This document shows, one piece after another, positions 47,291-56,908 of a stretch of DNA of 64,000 nt. Positions within the stretch are counted from its first letter, which is position 1; every line of letters begins with the position of its first letter. A model generated the notes under the pieces. That model had not been told where the DNA came from and did no database searches. It worked only from the letters and a program-made list of their open reading frames with translations. The DNA comes from a virus. Lineage: Duplodnaviria; Caudoviricetes. Made by a program: the position numbers and the translations under genes. The DNA is taken from positions 119,766 to 183,765 of IMG/VR virus record IMGVR_UViG_3300029288_000077; one strand, 5' to 3'.

Positions 47291-49842
47291 TGCGTCCAGA
47301 TACTTGCAACAAGAAATGTGGTAGATATGCACTAGAATTGGAGCATCCTTGTATCCGTGGTAGGGGCAATAAACAAGCGAAAGTGATGTTTGTTGGTGAG
47401 AGTCCAGGACAAAATGAAGACAATCAGGGTAAATGCTTTGTTGGCAGAGCCGGTCAATTATTAATACAAGAGATAAAAGGTGTCGGTATAGAGTCAAAAG
47501 ATGTTTACCTTACAAATATAGTGAAATGCGCATTCCCAAAGGTAAACAAGAAACCGTCTGATGCAGAAGCCAAACACTGCAAGCAATACATAGAAAAAGA
47601 AATAGAAGAGATAAAGCCTAATTTGATTGTGTTGCTGGGGGACTTTGCGTGTGAAACATTAATTGGCCGGGGTAGTATAAAAAAGATACAGAACAACTTT
47701 TTTGTGTATGAGCCCACAAACACAAAAGTCATACCATTGTTGCATCCGGCATATGTACTAAGAAACCCAGAAGAGATAGTAAAGTTTAGGGAAGGGATGC
47801 AATTGATTGCCCAGGAATTGCACTCTCCTGATATGGTATACAAGTCATCCATAAAAGAAAATTATTTGGTTGCTGACACTGAACAAAAAGCACTAAAAAC
47901 ATTAAATAAGTTGATGGAAGTATCCGCTTTTTCGGTGGACATAGAAACTTCTGGATTAGACTATAGAAACAGTGACATACTGAGCATACAATTTTCGTGG
48001 CAACCGGGAGTTGGCATAACAATTCCGTGGAACATTGTGGTTGAAAGTAAAGTTGTATATGATTTATTGAAGCAAGTGCTGTCGAGAAAAGACGCAGTAA
48101 AAGTAGGTACCAACCTCAAATTCGATATTCAACATCTGGCCAAAGCAAAGATAGCTATTGCACCACCCATTCATGACATAATGTTAGCTGACAGCCTGAT
48201 TGACGAAAATGCTATTGATCACAAACTCGAAACCATGATCTTGCGTATGACAGACATGGGTGAGTACTGGTCAGAACTTGAAAAATACAAGCTTCAAATC
48301 ATGGCGGAGAAGAAAATCAAGGAAGAAGACTTTTCTTATGCACTGTTGCCAAAACCAGTATTGTATCTGTACGGTGCAAAGGACACAGACGGAACTTTTA
48401 GAATATACCTGCAACAATTAAAGGAGCTAAACCGGCAGGGGCTTACTGAGTTTTTTGAAAGATATTCCATGCCATTTATGCCTGTTTTGGCTGAGATGGA
48501 ATATCGCGGTGTGAAGGTGGATCGTGATCGTGCTTTCGTAATGCTGAAAGAACAAGAGAAGTTAATGGAGGAGTTGTCTGCCAAAACGCTGGAAGACGAA
48601 AACGTAAAGAAATATGAAGAATTTAGATCCAGGAAAGCAAAAGAGGAACTAAAGGAGCACAGAAAGAAGTCTAAAACGCTGGTTTCTAGGTTTCCTGATG
48701 AGAACGTATATGTTGAGGAACGAATAAAAAAGATGGGCGACAAATGGCACGATGAGTATAGATTTAACCCGAATTCTTCCGCTCAAATGAAAGAACTGTT
48801 CTTTGATATGCTTGGTCTTGTTCCTGTGAAGATGACCAAACCAAAAAAAGGCAGTAATGCAAAACCGCAACCAAGTACTGACAAAGATGTTATGGAAGTA
48901 ATAGCTGAAAGGGATCAAATCAGTCTAGCCATTTTGATGAGAGAGTACGCTTTGGTGTCAAAATTTGTTACTAACTTTATGCGGCCGGTGTATGAACTGT
49001 CGGAATTTGATGGTAGAATACACACTAACTACATTCAAACCGATGTGGTTACTGGTAGGTTGAGTAGTCGTTCACCAAACCTGCAGAATATGAGTCGTGA
49101 TCGGCCAGAATTTAAGGACCTGTTCGTGGCTGATGATGGGATGGTGTTTGTAAAGGGTGACTTGGCGCAGGCAGAGTTTAGGGTGTGGGCCAATGCTTCT
49201 GATGATGAAGATATGATTCGTGACATTATGTCTGGATTAGACATTCACAGGCGCACAGCTAGTGAGGTGTTTGAAATTGCAGAAGAAGAAGTAACCAAAA
49301 AGCAGCGTGAACCCGCTAAGCGCGGCACGTTCGGAATGATGTATGGCATCGGGTCAAAAACACTTGCGCAGAGATTTAAGATTACACTGGATCAAGCCAA
49401 AAAGATTTTGAAAGTGTTTTCAGAGAGATACCCAGTGGCTACTGCATGGATTTACAGTTTGCCGAAGATAGCGCATTCAAAGAAGCAAGTGCGAAGTATA
49501 TTAGGGCGAATAAGGCACTTACCGCACATAGACAGTGATGATCAAGACACAGTAGCTAAGGCTGAGAGGCAGGCGATGAACAGCCCAGTGCAGGCTGCAG
49601 CCTCTGATATCAATAACCATTATATGACATGCGCCGTTAGAGAAGGAAGAAGAGCAAAAATAAAGTGTTATCCCGCATTGACCGTGCATGATGAAAACGT
49701 ATCGCAGGTAGAAGAATCAAGAGCAGAGGATTTTGCTAGAATTTACAAAAAAGTGGTGGACACTGAATTTCCGCAATTCAAGTGTAAGATGGGCGTAGAA
49801 ATAAAGATAGGCAAGAGAATCGGTTCCGCCGAAGAGTGGTGA
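47287..49842 (+). CDS. Family A DNA polymerase with N-terminal family-4 uracil-DNA glycosylase and 3'-5' exonuclease
   Basis: UDG: VGESPG, FVGRAG, TNIVKC, HPAY; exonuclease: DIETSG; polymerase: TGRLSS..PNLQN, DLAQAEFR, AKRGTFGMMYG, VHDE. Confidence 0.95.
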   Translation: MMRPDTCNKKCGRYALELEHPCIRGRGNKQAKVMFVGESPGQNEDNQGKCFVGRAGQLLIQEIKGVGIESKDVYLTNIVKCAFPKVNKKPSDAEAKHCKQYIEKEIEEIKPNLIVLLGDFACETLIGRGSIKKIQNNFFVYEPTNTKVIPLLHPAYVLRNPEEIVKFREGMQLIAQELHSPDMVYKSSIKENYLVADTEQKALKTLNKLMEVSAFSVDIETSGLDYRNSDILSIQFSWQPGVGITIPWNIVVESKVVYDLLKQVLSRKDAVKVGTNLKFDIQHLAKAKIAIAPPIHDIMLADSLIDENAIDHKLETMILRMTDMGEYWSELEKYKLQIMAEKKIKEEDFSYALLPKPVLYLYGAKDTDGTFRIYLQQLKELNRQGLTEFFERYSMPFMPVLAEMEYRGVKVDRDRAFVMLKEQEKLMEELSAKTLEDENVKKYEEFRSRKAKEELKEHRKKSKTLVSRFPDENVYVEERIKKMGDKWHDEYRFNPNSSAQMKELFFDMLGLVPVKMTKPKKGSNAKPQPSTDKDVMEVIAERDQISLAILMREYALVSKFVTNFMRPVYELSEFDGRIHTNYIQTDVVTGRLSSRSPNLQNMSRDRPEFKDLFVADDGMVFVKGDLAQAEFRVWANASDDEDMIRDIMSGLDIHRRTASEVFEIAEEEVTKKQREPAKRGTFGMMYGIGSKTLAQRFKITLDQAKKILKVFSERYPVATAWIYSLPKIAHSKKQVRSILGRIRHLPHIDSDDQDTVAKAERQAMNSPVQAAASDINNHYMTCAVREGRRAKIKCYPALTVHDENVSQVEESRAEDFARIYKKVVDTEFPQFKCKMGVEIKIGKRIGSAEEW

Positions 49843-51035
49843 CTGTTACGTGCTTAAATCTGCACGTCTACTCGGGGCACCGCGCCCCCGGCGCTGCAGC
49901 CCCAGCGCCAAGATATTGATACTAGCATTAAAATCACGATCTAAGACCAAGCCACACCTCGCGCAAGTATAAGTCCTGTCTTTTAGTTCAAGATCTTCCT
50001 TTATGTTACCACACTTTGAACACTTCTTCGACGTGTTTTTTGGATCTACTAGTACCACGTTTCTACCAGCCTCTTCCGCTTTGTAAGACGTGTACTGTAC
50101 CAGCATGTTCCAAGCTACGTCATGGATAGACTTAGCTAAGTGACCACCCTGTACCATACCCTTTATATTCAAGTCTTCAAACACGATCGTACCGTATTTA
50201 TTTACCAGTGCATTACTAAGTTTATGAGCGAAATCTTTACGTTGGTTTGATATTTTTTCGTATATCTTAGACACCGACTTTCTAAGATGTCTTCGTTCTT
50301 TAGATCCTTTTTTGGTCTTACTAAATTTACGCTGTACTCGTGCTAGTCTATTTTCTGATTTCTTGAAAAATCTCGGGTTTTGTATTATAGTACCATCTGA
50401 TAAAGTAGCGAATTTTTCTAACCCTAAATCTATACCGACTGATTTATCTTCATGCGGTAATCGTACTGGGTCTACTTCTACACTAATAGTGGCGTACCAC
50501 TTATTTGTAGGTGTGTGTCTAATAGTGATAGTCTTGACTTTACCTAGAATTGGACGGTGAAAGACAGCAGAAACAGTACCTATTTTACTAAGTCTGATAC
50601 CTGTATCTTCTATAAAAGCTCCACACGTATTAGCTTGAGGATAAATAAAACTGTCGTATCTATTTTTACCCTTGAAACGAGGGAAACCTGGATTTTGCTT
50701 GGCTTTTACTCGTCTGAAAAACGCTTTGTAAGCTAAATCAACACGCATTTGTACATTGGTTAGTAACTGCGAGTATACTGTATTCCAATGGGTGTTGGTC
50801 TTCTTCCATTGTGTAAGGAGTTTTTGAGTGTCATATAAGAATATTGATTTCTTTTCTGTTTCGTATGCGGTTTTTCTTATGTCAAGTGTTTTATTGTAGA
50901 CTTGACGACAGATTTCTAATGTAGTATTAAGTGAAGTGACTTGAGCGTGTGTTGGATAAAGACGAAACTTGAAAAACTTACGCACGAAAATATAGTAACA
51001 TGACTCAATGAAAAGTCATTAATGAATGTAAGATT
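49839..51035 (-). mobile_element. IS200/IS605 family (tnpB only) element 2
   Basis: On the minus strand preceded by AGAAC and ending ...CACGTAACAGTCAC; homologous to element 1. Confidence 0.8.
49846..50985 (-). CDS. tnpB: RNA-guided endonuclease TnpB
   Basis: GIDLG, FEDL, DRDFNA and Zn finger intact; same length (379 aa) as copy 1. Confidence 0.95.
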   Translation of the reverse strand: MRKFFKFRLYPTHAQVTSLNTTLEICRQVYNKTLDIRKTAYETEKKSIFLYDTQKLLTQWKKTNTHWNTVYSQLLTNVQMRVDLAYKAFFRRVKAKQNPGFPRFKGKNRYDSFIYPQANTCGAFIEDTGIRLSKIGTVSAVFHRPILGKVKTITIRHTPTNKWYATISVEVDPVRLPHEDKSVGIDLGLEKFATLSDGTIIQNPRFFKKSENRLARVQRKFSKTKKGSKERRHLRKSVSKIYEKISNQRKDFAHKLSNALVNKYGTIVFEDLNIKGMVQGGHLAKSIHDVAWNMLVQYTSYKAEEAGRNVVLVDPKNTSKKCSKCGNIKEDLELKDRTYTCARCGLVLDRDFNASINILALGLQRRGRGAPSRRADLST

Positions 51036-51067
51036 GTTCTTACTTGGAAACTGTGGAAGGAACGGTA

Positions 51068-52177
51068 ATGGTTCAAGTAAAAAAGAGCAATAAGAAAATC
51101 GAAGAGACAGAACCAGAAATCCAGGTGCAACCAATCGATAAGAGCAATTTTAGCATAGCAACGTTTGCCTCCAAGTTGATTGGTAAGTATGGTGCGGGCA
51201 TTGTAACGCACAAAAGCGTTGGACTAATACACCCAGTTGATGTGATACCAACAGGCAGTTTGAAGTTAGATCGGGCTGTAGGCATAGGTGGTTTGCCCAG
51301 GGGCAGGGTGGTTGAAGTGTTTGGTCAAGAGTCTGGGGGCAAAACCACATTAGTGCTGGGTGCTATTGCACAGGCACAAAAACATGGCGGAAATGCCGCT
51401 TTTATAGATGCCGAAAACGCGCTTGATTTGTCTATGGCTCGTGGGATTGGTGTAGATACTGACAACTTGTTGGTGGCTCAACCAGATTACGGTGAACAAG
51501 GACTAGAGATCACAGAAGATTTGGTGGCTACTGGGTGTTTTGAAATAGTGGCGATAGATTCAGTGGCTGCTTTGGTGCCCAGGGCGGAACTTGAAGGTGA
51601 TTATGATGATGCCAATATGGGTTTACAGGCGCGCATGATTGGTAAGGGTCTTAGACGCATTTCTAAAGTGGTATCAAAAACCAATACCTGTGTGGTATTT
51701 ATAAATCAATTGCGGCAAAAACTGGGACTGGTGTTCGGGAGCAATGAAGTGACTCCCGGAGGAAACGCACTCAAATTCTGGTCGTCGTTGCGTTTAGATG
51801 TGCGCAAGATATCATCCATAAAGTCTGGTGAAAATGTGATCGGTAATAAGGTGAAAATTACAGTTATTAAGAACAAGCTTGCTCCGCCATTCAAAGTGGT
51901 AGAAACTGACCTTATCTTTGGAAAAGGGTTCTCATACGAATCGGAATTGTTCGATATGGCGTTGGAAGCAGGAATTGTTGAAAAAAGTGGTTCCTGGTTT
52001 TCGTGTGGCGGTGAGAGACTTGGGCTTGGAAAAGCAGCTTCCCTGGAAACCATTCTCAAGAGTGAGAATATGAAAAATACTATAATTGAAAAGATTGAAA
52101 GGCTGAGTCACGAAAAGAAAGAGGAAGAAAATGGTACCGACCAGGATAAAGAAACGGTTCAATCCGACGTTCTCTAA
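51068..52177 (+). CDS. recA: RecA recombinase
   Basis: GGLPRGR, GQESGGKTT, DAENA, DSVAAL, FINQLR, GGNALKF and KNK.APPF; ATG 51068 after GGAAGGA. Confidence 0.97.
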   Translation: MVQVKKSNKKIEETEPEIQVQPIDKSNFSIATFASKLIGKYGAGIVTHKSVGLIHPVDVIPTGSLKLDRAVGIGGLPRGRVVEVFGQESGGKTTLVLGAIAQAQKHGGNAAFIDAENALDLSMARGIGVDTDNLLVAQPDYGEQGLEITEDLVATGCFEIVAIDSVAALVPRAELEGDYDDANMGLQARMIGKGLRRISKVVSKTNTCVVFINQLRQKLGLVFGSNEVTPGGNALKFWSSLRLDVRKISSIKSGENVIGNKVKITVIKNKLAPPFKVVETDLIFGKGFSYESELFDMALEAGIVEKSGSWFSCGGERLGLGKAASLETILKSENMKNTIIEKIERLSHEKKEEENGTDQDKETVQSDVL

Positions 52178-52418
52178 GAAATTTCCTGATGGTAGCATGG
52201 CGTCATTTACTTTTGGTACTGAAATAGAATATGAGTACGATGGTGAGCATTTTAAAGAAGAGTTAGAAGGACTGTTTGATTTAGTAGTGAAGTCTACTGT
52301 TGATGATATGAAAAAGAGATTTGAAAAAGACCCGATTTTCCGATCTGTGTTCAGTGAGATTAAAAGGCAAGTGAAGAATGCAGAGAAAGTACAAGAAGCG
52401 TTGAAGGAAGATAAATAG
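52131..52418 (+). CDS. Hypothetical protein
   Basis: 95-aa ORF with GAGGA SD. Confidence 0.65.
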   Translation: MVPTRIKKRFNPTFSKKFPDGSMASFTFGTEIEYEYDGEHFKEELEGLFDLVVKSTVDDMKKRFEKDPIFRSVFSEIKRQVKNAEKVQEALKEDK

Positions 52419-53027
52419 ATGGTGGTGGTAAAGAAAATACCTGTTCCTCCAGAAGAGAAACTGTCCCATCTGCTTACTGGTACAGATGAAGCTCTTTCTG
52501 ATGAAGATCGTGTTGAATTAATAAAAAAGAAGTTTAATTTAGCGAAGAATGCTACCCCTGATCATGAAGACCTGCAGCGTGAGATGAACTCATACGACAT
52601 AAAGTTGTCTGAGACTCCAGATGTAACAGACTTTTCTGACATCAACAAGAAATACGCTCTAGCGCAGGCGTGGATCAGCAGAGTCAATACCATAGAGATG
52701 GCTTGTATTTATTCAGAGAGCGCTTGGAAGGACGTATTTAGTAGTATAAAGTCATTCATTGACAAGCGCACTAGTGAAATACTGATGGAATCAGAGGTTG
52801 GAGAGCTGAAGAATGCAAGGATGCAGGAAGCATCTGTGAGGAACAGACTTGGTGGTGTATACGATGCTTTACTGAAAATAGAAAGTGAGTATAACAAATC
52901 CAAGTCATTTACACAAATAGTACAAGCGAAAAGCAAGGAATTGACTTCAGTAATAACCAACCTTACAAGGCAAGTGAAAACACTTTCACTTGAGTATACA
53001 GTAACCAGGGACCTGAACAGGTCGTGA
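52419..53027 (+). CDS. Helical protein, possibly a UvsY-like recombination mediator
   Basis: Coiled-coil pattern; lies between recA and the SSB-like gene (positional inference). Confidence 0.45.
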   Translation: MVVVKKIPVPPEEKLSHLLTGTDEALSDEDRVELIKKKFNLAKNATPDHEDLQREMNSYDIKLSETPDVTDFSDINKKYALAQAWISRVNTIEMACIYSESAWKDVFSSIKSFIDKRTSEILMESEVGELKNARMQEASVRNRLGGVYDALLKIESEYNKSKSFTQIVQAKSKELTSVITNLTRQVKTLSLEYTVTRDLNRS

Positions 53028-53039
53028 AGGAGACGAGAG

Positions 53040-53624
53040 ATGGCAAAAGTAAAGCGTGACGATTCTAACAATCCGTGGGCTGTTGATCCCGGTGTGTATG
53101 AAGCTATCATCATTGCAATTGAAGAGAAGAAGGGCCAGCAAGGCAGGGAATTTTTGTCATGGAAATTCAAAATTCAGGAACCCATACAGAATGGTGAGCC
53201 GTGCGAGAACGATGTTACTATTAATGGTGGCTCACCAATGGTGTTCCGTGAGGGAGATAAGCTAGACAAGTGGCTGAACGCCTGTGGCATTACTCTAGAA
53301 GATAATGATGAATTTGACCTCGATGCCGTGATAGGTTCACGAGTGCAAGTGGTGGTGGAGAAGAACAAGAAGGGCTATGATCAAGTAACCAACGTGCTAC
53401 CGATTCGCAAGAAGTCGCAGCAAAAGACTCAACAAAAGCAAGAAGAGGAGGCAGAAGAGGGAAAGCCCACAAAGGCACAGGAGAAGCCGAAGCAGGCCGC
53501 AAAGCCCGCACCAAAGCAGGAAGAACCTGCTGAGGATGAGGCACCACCTCCGCCCAAGAACAAGCCCAAGCCGAAGCCCGCCGAAGAAGCCAGCGACGAA
53601 GACGTGTTTGACTTTGACGCATGA
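53040..53624 (+). CDS. Single-stranded DNA-binding protein (phage OB-fold type)
   Basis: 'PGVYEAII' beta-rich N-domain, Pro/Lys/Glu linker and acidic aromatic tail DEDVFDFDA. Confidence 0.7.
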   Translation: MAKVKRDDSNNPWAVDPGVYEAIIIAIEEKKGQQGREFLSWKFKIQEPIQNGEPCENDVTINGGSPMVFREGDKLDKWLNACGITLEDNDEFDLDAVIGSRVQVVVEKNKKGYDQVTNVLPIRKKSQQKTQQKQEEEAEEGKPTKAQEKPKQAAKPAPKQEEPAEDEAPPPPKNKPKPKPAEEASDEDVFDFDA

Positions 53625-54679
53625 AAATACTGCACACCGCTGACTTGCAGTTTGGTGCACCAAACCAACCAAAGGTGTACTATACTGAGCCTATCAACGC
53701 CCTGTCGAAGTTTTGCAGGGACAACGATATAGGGATGGTGCTGATAGCGGGCGATGTGTTTGATCATCCAGCACCCAGTCAGCGGCACAAGGATCTGTTA
53801 ATTGAACAGTTTATAGCTAATGAAGACATACTTTTCGTGTTGTCTGTTGGAAACCACGATGTATACAAAACCGAGAAAACGTACGGAGGGTTGAATACTT
53901 TCAAGATACTGCACAAGCATCTCAAAAACGTAGCGGTATTGGACGGGGACGAAAAGGGCATAGAATATAAGATACATCCTTATGAAAAGGAATTCAAGTT
54001 TTTGTCTTTGATGGGTGATTGGGACAAACTGTGCCCGAAAAAGCAATCAGGAACTACCATCGCTGTGTGGCATGGTGAGGTGCCTGGTGTGTTGAATGGT
54101 GACAGCGGTGCAGCCACAGAGTTCATAAAAAAATATAACCTGTCATACCTGGCGCTTGGTCATATACACAAAAGGATAAGTTTTCCGGGTGGTGGGTATC
54201 CAGGCGCAATCATACCAAAAACGTACGTCTGCGAACATGGGGTGTATATACTGGACACCGAAAAGCTAACAAGAGACTTTGTGCCGCAATCAAGTTTTCT
54301 AGATTTACCACTTAGGTACTCGTTCAAGGTTGAAATCGACGCGGAGGATAGTGAACAAACCATTGTTGATGCCATTGAGAAACAAGGCATAGCAGATGGA
54401 TCGTTGATAAAGATCAAGCTTTCCGTGCCCATGTCAAAGTGGAAAACGATTGCTACGAGAAGCATCATTGAAAAATTGAATGGAAAGTTTTTGGAAGTAA
54501 AAATTACCAATGATGTAGTACCAGAAAGAGATCAGCGAAAAAATGCAGAATTGATTTACAAAGCAAAGTCGTTTGAAGAAGAGATGTCGGTGATTTTTGA
54601 CTCCATGGAAATAGATAGTAACTTTGATAGAGACAGGCTGATGAAAGAGTGTTGTGGGTGGTTCAACAATGCGGTGTGA
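53621..54679 (+). CDS. SbcD/Mre11/gp47-like nuclease
   Basis: HTADLQ, AGDVFD, GNHD, WHG and LALGHIH. Confidence 0.92.
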   Translation: MKILHTADLQFGAPNQPKVYYTEPINALSKFCRDNDIGMVLIAGDVFDHPAPSQRHKDLLIEQFIANEDILFVLSVGNHDVYKTEKTYGGLNTFKILHKHLKNVAVLDGDEKGIEYKIHPYEKEFKFLSLMGDWDKLCPKKQSGTTIAVWHGEVPGVLNGDSGAATEFIKKYNLSYLALGHIHKRISFPGGGYPGAIIPKTYVCEHGVYILDTEKLTRDFVPQSSFLDLPLRYSFKVEIDAEDSEQTIVDAIEKQGIADGSLIKIKLSVPMSKWKTIATRSIIEKLNGKFLEVKITNDVVPERDQRKNAELIYKAKSFEEEMSVIFDSMEIDSNFDRDRLMKECCGWFNNAV

Positions 54680-54684
54680 AACAA

Positions 54685-55617
54685 ATGGTATTATCATTAG
54701 AACAGTTGCAGTGGCTGGCAGGGATTATTGATTCAGAAGGATCCATAACACTCAGAAATTCGTTTTTTCATGATAATAGAAAATCTGGCAAAATGAAGGC
54801 ATCAAGAAACGGAAGAATTACCATAGCCACATGCGACAATGTAATAGTACCTTTTATAAGTGAGCTTGTTGGTATAAATTACAAAATTTTGAATAGGAAA
54901 ACGGCTGCTGGTAATAGTATATACTCAATTATAATTGGTGACAAGAAAACACTGAAGGATTTATTACCAAAAATTATTCCATACATGTTCACTAAACAAC
55001 CCCATGCGCGCATACTTCTTAAATCACTGTTTCTTCCATCTGGTCGTTTTTATACTGATGAAGAGTCTATTATGCACAAAGAGCTAACAAATAAAATAAG
55101 AATTCTTAATAGCAGAGGTTATGGAATACAAGATGAGTTAGAATCAAGGGATCACCTTTTTACATACTCGTGGTTTGCTGGTGTGATTGATGGAGATGGG
55201 TGTGTGTCTGCCGGTGAGTGGAAGATAAAAAGTAGAAATGGGATACAACGTTCCGTGTTGAAGCCATATTTGAAAATATCTTTATCACACATTAAGACCG
55301 TGGAGTATTTATCGTTTGTATTGCAAACTGGCATACTGAAATCCGGCAGAGAATTGTCGTGTCGCACCAACAGAAGGAAAACAAGAGCAATAAGGCTCAT
55401 GCCAGAAAAACTTATGATTTGGCTTCCAAGGGTAATGCCACATCTAAGGCTAAAAAGAAATCAGGCAGAACTGGCATTGCAGTTATCCAAACTAAAAAGT
55501 GACTACAAGAACCACAAAATTGTGTTGAGCGATGAATATAAGTCTGAAGTGTGTAGAATGTACAATGCTATAAAATCTCTGAACAGAGGCAAGAAAAATG
55601 ATCAACAAGTGTGTTGA
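54685..55617 (+). CDS. Free-standing double-motif LAGLIDADG homing endonuclease
   Basis: WLAGIIDSEGSI and WFAGVIDGDGCV, each followed by a 'PY/PH..K..(H/Q)A' tail. Confidence 0.92.
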   Translation: MVLSLEQLQWLAGIIDSEGSITLRNSFFHDNRKSGKMKASRNGRITIATCDNVIVPFISELVGINYKILNRKTAAGNSIYSIIIGDKKTLKDLLPKIIPYMFTKQPHARILLKSLFLPSGRFYTDEESIMHKELTNKIRILNSRGYGIQDELESRDHLFTYSWFAGVIDGDGCVSAGEWKIKSRNGIQRSVLKPYLKISLSHIKTVEYLSFVLQTGILKSGRELSCRTNRRKTRAIRLMPEKLMIWLPRVMPHLRLKRNQAELALQLSKLKSDYKNHKIVLSDEYKSEVCRMYNAIKSLNRGKKNDQQVC

Positions 55618-56908
55618 TGCGCTGGTGGGACTTCAAGCTGGATCAGAAGGCAAGGGGAAATTGGTTGGATCTTTGTCAAAAGACTATAAGTATTTAGTAA
55701 GAACGGGTGGCACGAATAGTGCTCACACCACATACTGTAACGGCAGAAAATACTTGTTTCATCAATTGCCGTGTGGGTCGGTAAACTTTCCTAAGGCAAA
55801 ATTAGTACTGGGTGCAAATACGCACATTGATTTGGAATATTTACAAAAAGAAATACAAATATTAAGGGATGGTGGGTGCTGGCTGGTAGACGGCAAGCCT
55901 AGATTGTACATTGACAAAAACGCATCATTGGTTGACCCAGTAGACAAGATAGCTGAAAATGGTGGGTTTATGCCGAAGTGTGGTGAGATGTACTTTCATC
56001 CTCGTGACTGTGAGAAACATGCTCAGCTTGGTGGTACATGTATTGGATGTGATAATATATCCAAGGACAGCGCGTGGGTGAAACTCGGAAGCACAACACA
56101 CGGGTGTGGAGCGAACGCCATTAGACGTATTCTGCGCGGATCAAAAATGGCTTTGATGTCTGGAAAACAGTTTGATCTAAAATCGTACTTGTTCAAGAAA
56201 GCGGCAGAAATTGGAAGAGTAAACCCAACGATGTATGATATAATTACTGCATTTGAGAAAGTTACTGATTGGTCGGAGTGGGTTGATAATGAGCCCATAA
56301 GATTTGCACCAGAGGATGAATTTGTGAAGCAGTTTGTGTGTGATACAGTAGACTTGCTTAATACTGCAATAGACAACAATGAAGAAGTGCTGCTAGAAGG
56401 AACACAGGGATCCTTGTTGTCGTCATATCACGGCTATATGGGAAAAACTACGTCGCGTGATACTAATGTGTCTACTTGGTGCGCTGAGGCAGGCATCAGC
56501 CCTGTGTGTGTTAGAGATGTATATGGCGTGGCGCGTGTTTATCCTATAAGGGTAGCAGGAAATTCTGGTGACCTGTCCGGCGAAGAAATTACTTGGGAAC
56601 AGGTAACTGTTGAAGCTGAATCACCTGTGCTCATTGTAGAACTGACATCGGCCACTCGCAGAAAGAGACGTGTTTTCCGTTTCGGTGACGCTGATTTCAG
56701 GAAGTCCGTTCAAATAAACAGGCCAACGAAATTGATGCTTACTTTTGTGGATCAGCACCATTATTCAAATCGTGGTAAGAATAATTGGTGTGAATTGGCA
56801 GAAGGTTCACGCAAGTGGATTGAAGACGTAGAGAAGCGTCACGGTGTGTTTTTCAATTACATATCAACTGGCCCTGATCAGGGTGATACCATCGTTCGGG
56901 AAAAGTGA
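55598..56908 (+). CDS. purZ: Adenylosuccinate-synthetase-family enzyme of the PurZ/PurZ0 type
   Basis: GSEGKG (Ser at the PurA Asp13 position), NSAHT, EGTQG, TSRD, YPIRVAGNSG, TFVD and STGP; family certain, PurZ activity inferred. Confidence 0.7.
   Translation: MINKCVDALVGLQAGSEGKGKLVGSLSKDYKYLVRTGGTNSAHTTYCNGRKYLFHQLPCGSVNFPKAKLVLGANTHIDLEYLQKEIQILRDGGCWLVDGKPRLYIDKNASLVDPVDKIAENGGFMPKCGEMYFHPRDCEKHAQLGGTCIGCDNISKDSAWVKLGSTTHGCGANAIRRILRGSKMALMSGKQFDLKSYLFKKAAEIGRVNPTMYDIITAFEKVTDWSEWVDNEPIRFAPEDEFVKQFVCDTVDLLNTAIDNNEEVLLEGTQGSLLSSYHGYMGKTTSRDTNVSTWCAEAGISPVCVRDVYGVARVYPIRVAGNSGDLSGEEITWEQVTVEAESPVLIVELTSATRRKRRVFRFGDADFRKSVQINRPTKLMLTFVDQHHYSNRGKNNWCELAEGSRKWIEDVEKRHGVFFNYISTGPDQGDTIVREK

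Noticed and set aside
49830-51070. Ancestral PolA-RecA fusion after IS removal
   Set aside because: It arises only if the left junction is shifted by 1 nt (AGAA). The AGAAC junction gives a clean stop at element 1, and recA has its own SD and ATG
55598-56908. Ordinary purA auxiliary metabolic gene
   Set aside because: The catalytic Asp13 position is Ser and other motifs follow the PurZ clade; not fully excluded without an assay
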